DNA of 64,000 nucleotides from Candidatus Lloydbacteria bacterium CG22_combo_CG10-13_8_21_14_all_47_15 (GTDB lineage Bacteria; Patescibacteriota; Minisyncoccia; Phycocordibacterales; 21-14-all-47-15): NCBI GenBank assembly GCA_002771515.1, contig PCTL01000001.1, positions 7,995 to 71,994 of the forward strand, read 5' to 3'. Shown piece by piece: positions 1 to 9,433 of this stretch (position 1 is its first letter; each line of letters starts with the position of its first letter). The notes under the pieces were generated by a model. It saw only the letters and a program-made list of their open reading frames with translations, ran no database searches and was not told where the DNA came from. The position numbers and the translations under genes were made by a program.

Positions 1-212
1 TTGGTCCACCCTCATAAAAGGAATAGGAAAGATAGGGTTTCCTAATCTGATCCATCAACAGGCACAACGATTCAAAAACAGACAGTGGCTCAGTGCGTTT
101 TTATTGATCTTTTTGGGTGCATGGCTTTTATGGGTTGGATTTTAGTGTAGTTCAAAAGACCCTTCCTCGTTGGTGGAGGAGAGTTTTTTATTCTTCCATA
201 TCGTTCTATGTC

Positions 213-595
213 TGTGGAGATGGGGGGAATTGAACCCCCGTGCAAATGAGGACCTTCTATGAGTCTACAAGGGTAGCCGACTTTGGTCTAAGCAATCTCG
301 GTAAAAAGTTGGCGAAATCCGAGACAGCCGATTCCTGATTGTTGTTTAAGTGTGATACTCAGAACGGATACCACACCGAGTTCCGTGATATGACACCCGA
401 CAGGACCTACGGAACCTTAGTCCTTTGGATGCGTCCGAGAATTTATGCTCGGGCGAATGCGAGACCATTCATAGCCATGAACGGGCTCTTAATTGCGTTT
501 TTTGCAACTATTTTTGTTTGTCAGTTTTACAAGATGAACAAACCTGCTTGCCTTGCACATACAAGGGGAATCACTTGTCGAAGCCGATCATCCCC
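213..595 (-). ncRNA. ssrA: tmRNA (SsrA)
   Basis: Minus-strand 5' end reads GGGGATGATCGGCTTCGACAAGTGATTCCCC (classic tmRNA 5' acceptor/TTCGAC motif). The 3' end is a tRNA-like T-arm/acceptor, GGGGGTTCAATTCCCCCCATCTCCA, whose CATCTCC pairs with the 5' GGGGATG. An internal short reading frame ends ...AMNGLAFARA-stop (stop is the tta at + 443-445). It lies directly downstream of smpB on the same strand. Ends are approximate to within a few nt. Confidence 0.85.
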
Positions 596-667
596 AACTA
601 CATAGCGTACTACGCAGTACGATACATAGTTGGAGAGCGGAACTAAGGAATATTCCGCTGACAGAGG

Positions 668-1114
668 TTATCTACCTGTTTTCAACGCTCGTTCAATCTC
701 GCGTTTCGCGGTGCGTTTTTTCAGTATTTCGCGCTTATCGTGTTTTTTCTTTCCGCGCGCGACTGCAATTTCAACCTTTAGTTTCCCATGTTTATTATAC
801 ACTGAAATTGGCACTATTGTCAATCCTTTCTGTTGTTCCAAGCCAGTCAGGCGCGCAATTTCTTTTTTGGATAGGAGAAGTTTTCGCGCGCGGTATGTGT
901 CGTATGATTCCGGCGTATTTGCCGGCTGAAAAGGAGGCACATGCATACCGACGAGAAAGGCCTCGCCGCCGCGAACGATAACATGGGCGCCATCAAGCGA
1001 GCCCTGCTGTCCTTTCAGTGCTTTTACTTCGTAGCCGAAGAGTTCAATGCCTGCTTCAAATTTTTCAAGAAATTCATAGTTAAAGCCCGCTTTTTTATTT
1101 TGTACCAATGACAT
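668..1114 (-). CDS. smpB: SsrA-binding protein SmpB
   Basis: 148-aa ORF. N-terminus ...NKKAGFNYEFLEKFEAGIELFGYEVKAL... and a basic C-terminal tail typical of SmpB. It is adjacent and co-oriented with the tmRNA. Confidence 0.9.
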   Translation of the reverse strand: MSLVQNKKAGFNYEFLEKFEAGIELFGYEVKALKGQQGSLDGAHVIVRGGEAFLVGMHVPPFQPANTPESYDTYRARKLLLSKKEIARLTGLEQQKGLTIVPISVYNKHGKLKVEIAVARGKKKHDKREILKKRTAKREIERALKTGR

Positions 1115-1157
1115 ATTGCAAGTTTATTCTAACACAAAAAGCATCGACTTTTTCTTT

Positions 1158-1178
1158 TTGACATTGTGTGGTAAAATG
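1158..1178 (+). promoter_or_regulatory. putative ftsH promoter (TTGACA-like, then extended -10 TGgTAAAAT)
   Basis: ttgaca at 1158-1163 and tggtaaaat at 1170-1178. The spacer is shorter than optimal, so the extended -10 is the main support. The ftsH start at 1188 would be nearly leaderless. Confidence 0.3.
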
Positions 1179-1187
1179 TGTTTATCT

Positions 1188-3119
1188 ATGGCGCGAAATA
1201 AGCATCAAAACAAGCATCAAACTCCAAGACAGAAGCCACCGGTAGTACCAGGTCCAGGCATGGGTCAGTTTATGGCGAATATTTTGGCTGTCGTTATCAT
1301 CTTAATAGGTATAATCGGCCTCTTTTCGCTGTTTCAGGATAAGGAGGCAGAGATCGCAGAGGTGCCTGTTTCTGAGCTAGCGCGCGAGGTGTTGGCAGGG
1401 GATGTGGCAAAAATCACCGTCCTTAACGAGAAGCTTGAAATTGAGCTTACCGACGGCACCCTACAGTTTTCTAAGAAAGAAGTAGAAAGTGCGCTTTCGG
1501 AAACACTTGCCCGGTACGGCGTTGGCCCAGAAGCGCTTGGAGCGGTGGAGATTGGTCTCAAGAATCCGTCCGGTGTTAGTTACTGGCTTCTGAATTCGCT
1601 TCCGTTTCTACTGCCGATTCTTTTCATACTTATGTTTTTCTGGTTTATCTCTCGCCAAGTACGCGGCGCGGGTATGCAGGCGTTTACTTTTGGCCAGTCA
1701 AAAGCGCGGATTATTGAACCTGGCGACAAAAAACAGCGTGTGACATTCAAAGATGTTGCAGGCGCGAAAGAAGCGAAAGAGGAACTCATGGAAATCGTTG
1801 ATTTTTTGAAAAATCCGAAAAAGTTTTTGGATATCGGCGCGCGGATTCCGAAGGGTGTTCTTCTGATGGGGGCGCCTGGGACCGGAAAGACATTGCTTGC
1901 GCGCGCGGTGGCAGGGGAGGCAGGCGTGCCGTTTTTCTCCATTTCCGGTTCGGAATTTGTTGAGATGTTTGTCGGTGTTGGCGCGTCCCGCGTGCGCGAC
2001 CTTTTCAAGCTTGCGAAAAAGACGGCGCCGGCGATTATTTTTATAGACGAAATAGATGCAGTAGGGCGCTCGCGCGGTGTAGGCATGGGTGGCGGTAACG
2101 ACGAGCGCGAGCAGACGCTAAATCAGATTTTGGTTGAAATGGACGGTTTCGAGCCCGCTGAAAAAGTAATCGTGGTGTCAGCAACTAACCGCCCGGATGT
2201 TCTTGACCCCGCGCTCCTACGGCCCGGGCGTTTTGACAGGCGAGTGATTATTGACGAGCCGGATGTGCACGACCGAGAAGAAATTTTAAAAATTCATGCA
2301 AACAAAAAACCGCTTGCAGAGGATGTAGACCTTCGTGTGATTGCCGAACGAACTCCCGGATTTTCCGGCGCGGACTTGCAGTCGCTCATGAACGAAGGCG
2401 CGATTCTTGCGGCGCGGGAAAATCGTAAAAAAGTACTTCAGAAAGACCTCGTTTCATCCATTGAAAAAGTAATGCTCGGCCCTGAACGAAAGAGCCACCT
2501 TCTCTCAAAGAAAGAAAAAGAAATTACGGCATATCATGAGGCGGGGCATGCGCTGGTTGCGTCAATTTTGCCGCACGCGGACCCTGTGCATAAGGTATCT
2601 ATCGTTGCACGCGGGCGCGCTGGCGGATATACGCTAAAACTTCCGTTTGAGGAACGGAAGCTCCAGAGCAAGAAAGCGTTTCTTGATGATTTGGCGGTAT
2701 CGCTAGGCGGGTATGCCGCGGAACAATTTATTTTCGGAGACCTGACGACCGGCCCTTCAAACGATCTTCAAGTATCTACGGCGCTTGCACGGGATATGGT
2801 GACAAAGTACGGAATGTCCGAGAAGATGGGGCCTGTTGCGCTTGAGGAGCCCGGCGGTCGGCCGATCTTTGGCCGAGAGTTCGGAAGTAAAGATTATTCC
2901 GAGCGTGTGTCTGCTGAAATAGACGCCGAAGTATCTTCTATGATGCGGGACGCGCTCAAACGGGCAACTGATATTTTGGTGAATTACCGCGGGGTGCTTG
3001 ATGCCATCGCAGCCACGCTTACGACGCACGAGACGATTGAGCATGCGGAATTTGAGGCACTTTTGAGGGAACACAATATTATGCCAAAACAGCGCGAAGC
3101 GAAACCGGATGTCGTATAA
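1188..3119 (+). CDS. ftsH: ATP-dependent zinc metalloprotease FtsH
   Basis: N-terminal TM segments, Walker [12 protein letters not shown]+ second region, and zinc motif HEAGHA. The ORF track starts at 1116, but MARNKHQ... (ATG 1188) is the first start downstream of the promoter-like element. Confidence 0.93.
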   Translation: MARNKHQNKHQTPRQKPPVVPGPGMGQFMANILAVVIILIGIIGLFSLFQDKEAEIAEVPVSELAREVLAGDVAKITVLNEKLEIELTDGTLQFSKKEVESALSETLARYGVGPEALGAVEIGLKNPSGVSYWLLNSLPFLLPILFILMFFWFISRQVRGAGMQAFTFGQSKARIIEPGDKKQRVTFKDVAGAKEAKEELMEIVDFLKNPKKFLDIGARIPKGVLLMGAPGTGKTLLARAVAGEAGVPFFSISGSEFVEMFVGVGASRVRDLFKLAKKTAPAIIFIDEIDAVGRSRGVGMGGGNDEREQTLNQILVEMDGFEPAEKVIVVSATNRPDVLDPALLRPGRFDRRVIIDEPDVHDREEILKIHANKKPLAEDVDLRVIAERTPGFSGADLQSLMNEGAILAARENRKKVLQKDLVSSIEKVMLGPERKSHLLSKKEKEITAYHEAGHALVASILPHADPVHKVSIVARGRAGGYTLKLPFEERKLQSKKAFLDDLAVSLGGYAAEQFIFGDLTTGPSNDLQVSTALARDMVTKYGMSEKMGPVALEEPGGRPIFGREFGSKDYSERVSAEIDAEVSSMMRDALKRATDILVNYRGVLDAIAATLTTHETIEHAEFEALLREHNIMPKQREAKPDVV

Positions 3120-3169
3120 AAAGAAAAGCGTGTTAAAATAAAATATTGAGAGTTGTCGCATGAGTACTC

Positions 3170-4699
3170 ATGTATATGAATACACGCACCGCCATCTTTA
3201 TTCTTATTATCGTCGCGCTTGCCGCTGTCGTATTTTTTCTGCGCGCGGATGAGCCGGTGATTGAAACTACTGAAGCCGTATTGGGTACTATTGTAGAAGA
3301 GGTATCTGTAACGGGACGAGTGAAGCCGGTTGAACAGGTTGCGCTTGCGTTTGAAAAAGGAGGCCGTGTAGCGGGACTTTTTGCTTCCGTTGGTTCGCGT
3401 GTCTCCACGGGCGGGCTTTTAGCGTCACTTGAAAATAGCGATGAACGCGCTGGGCTTGCCGAGGCAAAAGCGGCACGGGCTACACAAGAGGCTGCGCTTG
3501 CCGAGCTTATCGCCGGCAGCCGCGCTGAAGAAGTGGCCGTCACGGAATCCAAACTTCTGGCGGCAGAAAGTGCTGTTATTGATTCTCGCGAAAGTTTATT
3601 GAATGATATCAGGAATGCTTTTCTCAAGGCTGATGATGCGGTTAGAAACCGCGTTGACCAGTTTATGAGCAATCCGCGTGGTGACAATCCGCAACTGAAT
3701 TTTGAGACGCCAAATGATAATGCTATTGAGCTCGCACGGGTCGCCGTCGAGCATACGCTTGTGGCATGGGGTTCGTCGCTTGCCGCACTTTCTCTTGAAA
3801 GTGATTTGCGCGCGGAAGCGGCTTCTGCGGATGATTGGCTCGCAGAGATACAATCATTTTTGAATATGGTGGCGAGTGCGGTGAACGGTATTAAGACGAA
3901 TGTAGGTCTTTCTCAGACGACGATTGACAGCTGGCGGAGCGACATTTCCGCCGCCCGAACCAATGTTGAAACTGTACGCGCGAATATTTCTACCGGAAAA
4001 GAATCGCTGAACGCAAACGAAGCGACTCGCGCGCTTCGTGAAAACGAGCTTCTGCTCGCGAAAGCGCCGGCGACCGACGAAGCAATCGCGGTACAGGAAG
4101 CGAAGGTAAAAGAGGCTGAAGCGAGGGTGTCGCGCGCGGAAGCCGCGTTCACAAAGACGCTTCTTTTAGCGCCACTTGGCGGCATTGTTACCAATATACC
4201 TATTCGTATCGGCGAAATAGTCACGGCAAATACGATTGCCGTCGCGCTCATTTCTGAAGACGCTTTTGAGATAGAAACATTCATACCAGAGGCTGATATA
4301 GTGAAAGTGTCGGTTGGCGATGGGGCGCGAGTGACGCTTGACGCGTACGGGGATAGCGTTATTCTTTCCGCGTATGTTTCTGCAATTGACCCGGCCGAAA
4401 CGGTGCTTGAAGGTGTCTCTACATACAAGACTACGCTTATCTTTGGCGATACGGATGTGGAGATAAAATCCGGCATGACAGCGAATGTTGATATTGAAAC
4501 AGCGCGGAAAGATAATGTTGTAATTATTCCGTTGAAAGCGGTGCAATATGGCGCGGCCGGTACAGAGGTGGATATATTCTCAAATGGCTTGCGTGAGACA
4601 GTGCTTGTACAGACGGGGATTGAGAGCGCAGATGGTATGGTAGAGATAGTTTCAGGTATTTCCGATGGAACCGCCGTCGTAACTTATAGTGAAGAATAA
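3170..4699 (+). CDS. efflux periplasmic adaptor (HlyD/MacA-family membrane fusion protein) with a long coiled-coil
   Basis: N-terminal TM anchor, a long Ala/Glu-rich coiled-coil, and a C-terminal beta-barrel/lipoyl-like region. It immediately precedes the ABC ATPase and FtsX-type permease. Confidence 0.75.
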   Translation: MYMNTRTAIFILIIVALAAVVFFLRADEPVIETTEAVLGTIVEEVSVTGRVKPVEQVALAFEKGGRVAGLFASVGSRVSTGGLLASLENSDERAGLAEAKAARATQEAALAELIAGSRAEEVAVTESKLLAAESAVIDSRESLLNDIRNAFLKADDAVRNRVDQFMSNPRGDNPQLNFETPNDNAIELARVAVEHTLVAWGSSLAALSLESDLRAEAASADDWLAEIQSFLNMVASAVNGIKTNVGLSQTTIDSWRSDISAARTNVETVRANISTGKESLNANEATRALRENELLLAKAPATDEAIAVQEAKVKEAEARVSRAEAAFTKTLLLAPLGGIVTNIPIRIGEIVTANTIAVALISEDAFEIETFIPEADIVKVSVGDGARVTLDAYGDSVILSAYVSAIDPAETVLEGVSTYKTTLIFGDTDVEIKSGMTANVDIETARKDNVVIIPLKAVQYGAAGTEVDIFSNGLRETVLVQTGIESADGMVEIVSGISDGTAVVTYSEE

Positions 4700-4709
4700 T
4701 GCATGAACT

Positions 4710-5426
4710 ATGCGGCTCATAGAAGCGCGCAATCTCGAAAAAACATATGAGGATGGCGATGTTGCAACGCACGCGCTTCGCGGCGTTTCTTTTTCTATAG
4801 ACCAAGGTGAGTTTGTGGCGGTGATGGGACCTTCCGGCTCAGGGAAATCAACACTACTTCACCTGCTCGGCTTTTTAGACCGACCGACCCGCGGAGCGTA
4901 TTTTTTTGAAGGGAAGAACAGAAACGATTATACCGATGACGAATCGGCGCGTATACGCAACGAAAAATTAGGGTTTGTATTTCAAACCTTTAACCTGCTT
5001 CCGCGGACGAGCGTGTTGGAGAATGTAAAATTACCGCTTTTGTATTCCGATGTGCCGGAAAAAGAGTGGGATGAGCGCGCACACAGCGCCATTGCCGATG
5101 TGGGGCTTTCGCATAGGATTTCTCATGAGCCGAGTCAGCTCTCCGGTGGCGAACGGCAGCGTGTCGCGATTGCGCGCGCGCTTGTCACCAAACCTGAAGT
5201 GATTTTTGCCGACGAGCCGACCGGAAACCTTGATTCGATGTCTGGTAAACAGGTGATGGGGCTTCTTCAGGCGTTGAATGAAAAGGGTGGTCATACCATT
5301 GTTCTCATTACGCATGAGACATACACCGCGCGCCACGCGCGGCGTGCACTTTATATAAAAGACGGAAACATTGAGAAAGATGAAATGATAAGTGAACATC
5401 TTGCCGCTGATTCGTTTATAAAATAG
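4710..5426 (+). CDS. ABC transporter ATP-binding protein (MacB/LolD-type)
   Basis: Walker [13 protein letters not shown] signature [15 protein letters not shown], Walker [12 protein letters not shown]. Confidence 0.93.
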   Translation: MRLIEARNLEKTYEDGDVATHALRGVSFSIDQGEFVAVMGPSGSGKSTLLHLLGFLDRPTRGAYFFEGKNRNDYTDDESARIRNEKLGFVFQTFNLLPRTSVLENVKLPLLYSDVPEKEWDERAHSAIADVGLSHRISHEPSQLSGGERQRVAIARALVTKPEVIFADEPTGNLDSMSGKQVMGLLQALNEKGGHTIVLITHETYTARHARRALYIKDGNIEKDEMISEHLAADSFIK

Positions 5427-5430
5427 CACT

Positions 5431-6669
5431 ATGACCCTGACACACACAATCCGTACCGCACTGACAGGTCTTCACACGAACAGGCTCCGCTCTCTTTTGA
5501 CGATACTTGGCATCGTTATCGGCGTGGCGGCGATTATTCTCATCGTGTCGCTTGGCAAAGGAGCGCAGTCGCTCATTTTAGACCAGATTCAGGGCATGGG
5601 ACCGCGCACGATTGTGGTGATTCCGGGCAGGGAGCCAACTGGTCCCACGGATGCCGCGCAGATTTTCTCGGACTCACTCAAGGTAGGCGACCTAGCCGCA
5701 CTCAAAAGGCAAGTAAATGTGCCGGGTGCGCAAAACATTACCCCAATCCTTTTCGGAGGCGAAACGGCGGCATACAAAAATGATACATTTCGCATGACGA
5801 TTTTCGGAGGCGATACGACGATTTTTAATGTTTTTGATATTGACCTTGCCGAAGGCGTATTTTTTTCGGCAAACGATGTGCGCGCCAGCGCGAGTGTCGC
5901 AGTTATCGGCGCGAAAGTGAAAGAAGAACTCTTCGGTGAGCGGCAGGCAATCGGTGAACGAATTCGTGTCAAAGGAAGGAATTTGCGGGTTATCGGCGTG
6001 CTTTCCAGAAAAGGGCAGACCGCCTTCTTTAATTTTGATGAAATGGTAATGGTGCCCTACACTACTGCCGCGAACTATATTTTTGGTATCAAATATTTTC
6101 ACAGGCTAATTCTTCAGGCTGAAACGGAAATGGATATTCCGCGAACGGTCGCCGATGTGGAGCGTGTGCTTCGCGATCAGCACGGCATTACCGACCCGGA
6201 AAAAGACGACTTTTTTGTGGAAACACAGGCGGATCTTGCAGATACCTTAAGTATCATTACCGATGCGCTCACGCTCTTTTTGGTGTCTGTTGCAGCAGTG
6301 TCTCTTGTCGTCGGCGGTATCGGTATTATGAACATTATGTTCGTTTCTGTAACGGAGCGGACGCGCGAGATCGGTCTGCGCAAAGCTTTGGGCGCGACGC
6401 GGCGCGAAATACTAACTCAATTTTTATTTGAAGCGATTATTTTGACCGGCATCGGAGGAATCGCCGGTATCATACTCGGCGCGCTGGTTGCGTTTGCATC
6501 CGCGACGGCGATTTCCCACCTCACCGAATTTCATTGGACCTTTGTTTTTCCGTTTTCCGCCGCGCTCATCGGGCTTGTGGTATCGGCCGGCATCGGCATT
6601 ATCTTCGGTTATTATCCGGCTCGCGATGCCGCGCAAAAATCACCGATGGAAGCGTTGCGGTACGAGTGA
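5431..6669 (+). CDS. ABC transporter permease (FtsX/MacB-type)
   Basis: N-terminal TM, a large periplasmic domain, then a C-terminal 3-TM FtsX-like region (…MNIMFVSVTERTREIGLRKALGA…). Confidence 0.88.
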   Translation: MTLTHTIRTALTGLHTNRLRSLLTILGIVIGVAAIILIVSLGKGAQSLILDQIQGMGPRTIVVIPGREPTGPTDAAQIFSDSLKVGDLAALKRQVNVPGAQNITPILFGGETAAYKNDTFRMTIFGGDTTIFNVFDIDLAEGVFFSANDVRASASVAVIGAKVKEELFGERQAIGERIRVKGRNLRVIGVLSRKGQTAFFNFDEMVMVPYTTAANYIFGIKYFHRLILQAETEMDIPRTVADVERVLRDQHGITDPEKDDFFVETQADLADTLSIITDALTLFLVSVAAVSLVVGGIGIMNIMFVSVTERTREIGLRKALGATRREILTQFLFEAIILTGIGGIAGIILGALVAFASATAISHLTEFHWTFVFPFSAALIGLVVSAGIGIIFGYYPARDAAQKSPMEALRYE

Positions 6670-7029
6670 GTCAAGTTTCTGCATGCATTTCGGAGATAGG
6701 GAAATATACTTTGAAACCCGATCAAGAAGAAGCAGTTGGAGCGCCGGCTCTCCATAGAGGTAGCCGTTCGGTATATCCAAATCATATATCGGAGTTTTTT
6801 GCGGTATAGCGAAGTGTTCTTTCAAGAATGTACGGTGTCCGTTTGTTTTTTCCGATAGCGCGAAAATAATGTTTGCCCAGTCAACGAGGTCTTGGGATAC
6901 CGGCTTGCCTCCGGCGTAAGGTTCGGTACCGGCGGATTTTGTGTCAAACTCCGGGCACGCTCGGAAAAACTCCGCCGCGGTCGGACTCCGCGATATATTG
7001 GCGCTACAGACGAAGAGAAGTTTTTTCAT
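6640..7029 (-). CDS. low-molecular-weight protein tyrosine phosphatase / ArsC-like phosphatase
   Basis: MKKLLFVCSANISRSPTAAEFF carries the CX5R(S) P-loop of LMW-PTPs. The ORF-track N-terminal extension (…SSPGRP…) is translation of the adjacent tRNA and was trimmed. Confidence 0.65.
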   Translation of the reverse strand: MKKLLFVCSANISRSPTAAEFFRACPEFDTKSAGTEPYAGGKPVSQDLVDWANIIFALSEKTNGHRTFLKEHFAIPQKTPIYDLDIPNGYLYGEPALQLLLLDRVSKYISLSPKCMQKLDSLVPQRFHR

Positions 7030-7031
7030 TA

Positions 7032-7103
7032 TCGGCCTGCCAGGACTCGAACCTGGAACCGCTCGTGTATAAGACGAGAGCTCTACCATTGAGCTACAGG
7101 CCG
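7032..7103 (-). tRNA. tRNA with anticodon UAU (AUA-decoding, Ile-type)
   Basis: 72-nt cloverleaf on the minus strand: acceptor cggcctg/caggccg, D-stem gctc/gagc, anticodon stem ctcgt/acgag with loop cttatac (anticodon tat), T-arm ccagg-ttcgagt-cctgg, discriminator A. No encoded CCA. Confidence 0.75.
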
Positions 7104-7133
7104 CCCACCAAAATAGTAGCGCATAATAACAGA

Positions 7134-9296
7134 TTATTCAAAATGCACGGCGACAGCCTCGGCTTTTTCTTTGAGTGCCGGATGGGCGGCAAGCGACGGG
7201 TCGTTTGTTAGGATGTGTAGAACTTCGCTCCGCGCGGCCTCCACGAGCTTTAAGTTTTTGATGGCCTCCATGCCAATGTCCGACACACCCCATTGCCGTT
7301 CTCCGGATAGTGTGCCCGCGCCACGGAGGCTCATATCAAGTTCGGCGAGCTCAAATCCATTTTTAGCGGATGCTAGCGCCTTCAAGCGGTTCGCGGTGTT
7401 TTGCGCGCCGGAATCCGTGAAGATATAGCAGTACGGGCGATGCGTGCTCCGCATGACGCGTCCGCGAAGCTGGTGTAGCTGCGAGAGTCCGAAGCGCTCC
7501 GCTCCTTCTATCACGATGACCGTCGCGTTTGGCACATTCACACCGACTTCAACGATTGATGTTGCAACTAGTATTCGCGTTTTTCCATCAGAGAAATCGC
7601 GCATCGCGGCGTCCTTTTCTTTCGGAGTCATCTTGCCGTGAAGTATGCCGATTTCAAATTCAGGAAAAATATTTTTCTTGAGTCGTACCGCTTCCTCTTT
7701 TACCGACTTCGCGTATAGCGCGTACTTCTTCTCCGGGTCAGGTTCGTTGATTCGCGGGCAGATGACATAGCATTGCCGCCCCGCCGTAAGCGTTTCGCGT
7801 ATTTTTTCGTAGGTGCTTGCGCGCTTGTTTGGCGGGACAATCTTTGTCTCGGGATACTGTCTGCCTTTCGGCAGCTCATCTAAGAGTGATAAATCCAGAT
7901 CGCCGTAGATTGTTAACGCCAATGTCCTTGGAATCGGTGTTGCCGTCATTGAGAGGAGATGCGGCACCGGTTTCTTACCGCTTCCTTTCTGCGTAAGCGC
8001 GAAACGCTGATTGATGCCGAAACGGTGTTGCTCATCAATCACGACGAGTGCCAAGTTTTTAAATTGGACGGTTTTTTGAATGAGCGCGTGCGTACCGACG
8101 ACAATTGGAATAAGTCCTTCCGATACCCATTTTAGGAACTGGCTCTTTGACACATGAGTCGATTCGTTCGGGTTTGTTTTTGAGGGAAATTTTCTGCATT
8201 CACTGCCGGTGATTAGCCCTACCGGAACGCCGGTATCTTTAAAAAAATCTATGAATGAGGCGAAGTGTTGGCGCGCGAGAATTTCCGTCGGCGCCATATA
8301 GGCGGCTTCCAGCCGCGCTGATGGCGCGTCCTCCGGCGCTGTGGTCACGATTGCGTAGCTTGCCGCCGCGGCGACTGCCGTTTTGCCAGAACCAACATCG
8401 CCTTCAAGGAGGCGCGCCATCGGGCGCCCCTGCTTTAGGTCGGCGAATATGTTTGTTACGGCTTTTTTTTGCGCGTCAGTTGCCGGAAAAGGGAATCGGG
8501 AGACGAATTTCTGTACTTCTTTTTCGGATGGTCTCACGGCAAAAGCCGGCATGTTTTCATACTCGCGCCTTGCTCGTTTTCGAGCAAGTTGAATGCAGAA
8601 TATCTCTTCAAACGCGAACCGTTTACGCGCCGATTCCGCGTCTGCTCGCTTTTTTGGCGTGTGTATCCAGAATAATGCGGTTTTTAAGGCAGGGAGAGAG
8701 TAGCGCGAAAGTATGCTCTCAGAGAGCGGGTCTGGTATCTCGTCTAGAGCGCCGCTTTGTAGAATTTTCCCGATGGCATGGTAGAACCACTTTGATGTGA
8801 TACCTTTTGTCTCCGAATACACAGGATAGTCAAACGGCACATTTTCCCCGTTGCTGAAAAGTGAATCGCCCACATCAATAGGTAATCCGTCTGTTTTCTC
8901 AAATTCAGGGTTGCTCATATAGAGTTCTCCTTTGCGCTCGTTCACGCGTCCATGGAATGTTCCTGTACTCATACCGTGAAGCATTGGAGCGATATATGGC
9001 TGGTTGAACCATACGGCTTTAACGGATCCTGTATGGTCTGTAATCTTCGCCTCGGCCATTGCAACGCGCGTGCGGAATCCTTTTGAGGTTTTAATACCTG
9101 AAATATTGCCGATAACGGTTGCCTGTTCTCCGGCGGAGAGTGTGTCAATAGTTTTTGTATGTGCAATCGTGCCGTATCGCGAGGGAAAGTAGTAAAGAAT
9201 GTCTCTGACCGTCTCCAAGCCGAGCCGTTTGAGTGCGGTTTTTTGCGCTGGTTTAAGGCGTAGAAATACTTTTTCAAGCGTGGTTTCCGGTTGCAT
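7134..9296 (-). CDS. recG: ATP-dependent DNA helicase RecG
   Basis: 720 aa with an N-terminal wedge domain and SF2 helicase motifs (GDVGSGKT, DEQHRFG). Confidence 0.9.
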   Translation of the reverse strand: MQPETTLEKVFLRLKPAQKTALKRLGLETVRDILYYFPSRYGTIAHTKTIDTLSAGEQATVIGNISGIKTSKGFRTRVAMAEAKITDHTGSVKAVWFNQPYIAPMLHGMSTGTFHGRVNERKGELYMSNPEFEKTDGLPIDVGDSLFSNGENVPFDYPVYSETKGITSKWFYHAIGKILQSGALDEIPDPLSESILSRYSLPALKTALFWIHTPKKRADAESARKRFAFEEIFCIQLARKRARREYENMPAFAVRPSEKEVQKFVSRFPFPATDAQKKAVTNIFADLKQGRPMARLLEGDVGSGKTAVAAAASYAIVTTAPEDAPSARLEAAYMAPTEILARQHFASFIDFFKDTGVPVGLITGSECRKFPSKTNPNESTHVSKSQFLKWVSEGLIPIVVGTHALIQKTVQFKNLALVVIDEQHRFGINQRFALTQKGSGKKPVPHLLSMTATPIPRTLALTIYGDLDLSLLDELPKGRQYPETKIVPPNKRASTYEKIRETLTAGRQCYVICPRINEPDPEKKYALYAKSVKEEAVRLKKNIFPEFEIGILHGKMTPKEKDAAMRDFSDGKTRILVATSIVEVGVNVPNATVIVIEGAERFGLSQLHQLRGRVMRSTHRPYCYIFTDSGAQNTANRLKALASAKNGFELAELDMSLRGAGTLSGERQWGVSDIGMEAIKNLKLVEAARSEVLHILTNDPSLAAHPALKEKAEAVAVHFE

Positions 9297-9433
9297 TCGC
9301 CTATTGTAGCGCAGGCGGCATGTTTTGCCAGCGTGTCGGTTGGCGCTTGTATTTCGCCGGTGGCAATGTAGAATCTCGGCAGAGAAATAAAGTGGTCTTT
9401 GATAAATGTGTTACTCCTTGGAAAGGATATGCT

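Noticed and set aside
1580-2086. Antisense or overlapping ORFs inside ftsH (1334-1561, 1580-2086), recG (8255-8800), pilM (17507-18538), recA (30685-30996, 31050-31727), ftsK (33519-34160) and the giant genes (36743-37153, 43091-43303, etc.)
   Set aside because: They lie opposite or within confidently identified conserved genes. They have low-complexity or Ala/Ser/Arg-rich composition typical of antisense frames in GC-balanced DNA, and no independent motif.
6640-7089. ORF-track N-terminus MVELSSYTRAVPGSSPGRPI of the phosphatase gene
   Set aside because: These 20 codons are the antisense-strand translation of the tRNA (SSPGRP is the usual tRNA T-arm artefact). The gene starts at MKK (7029).
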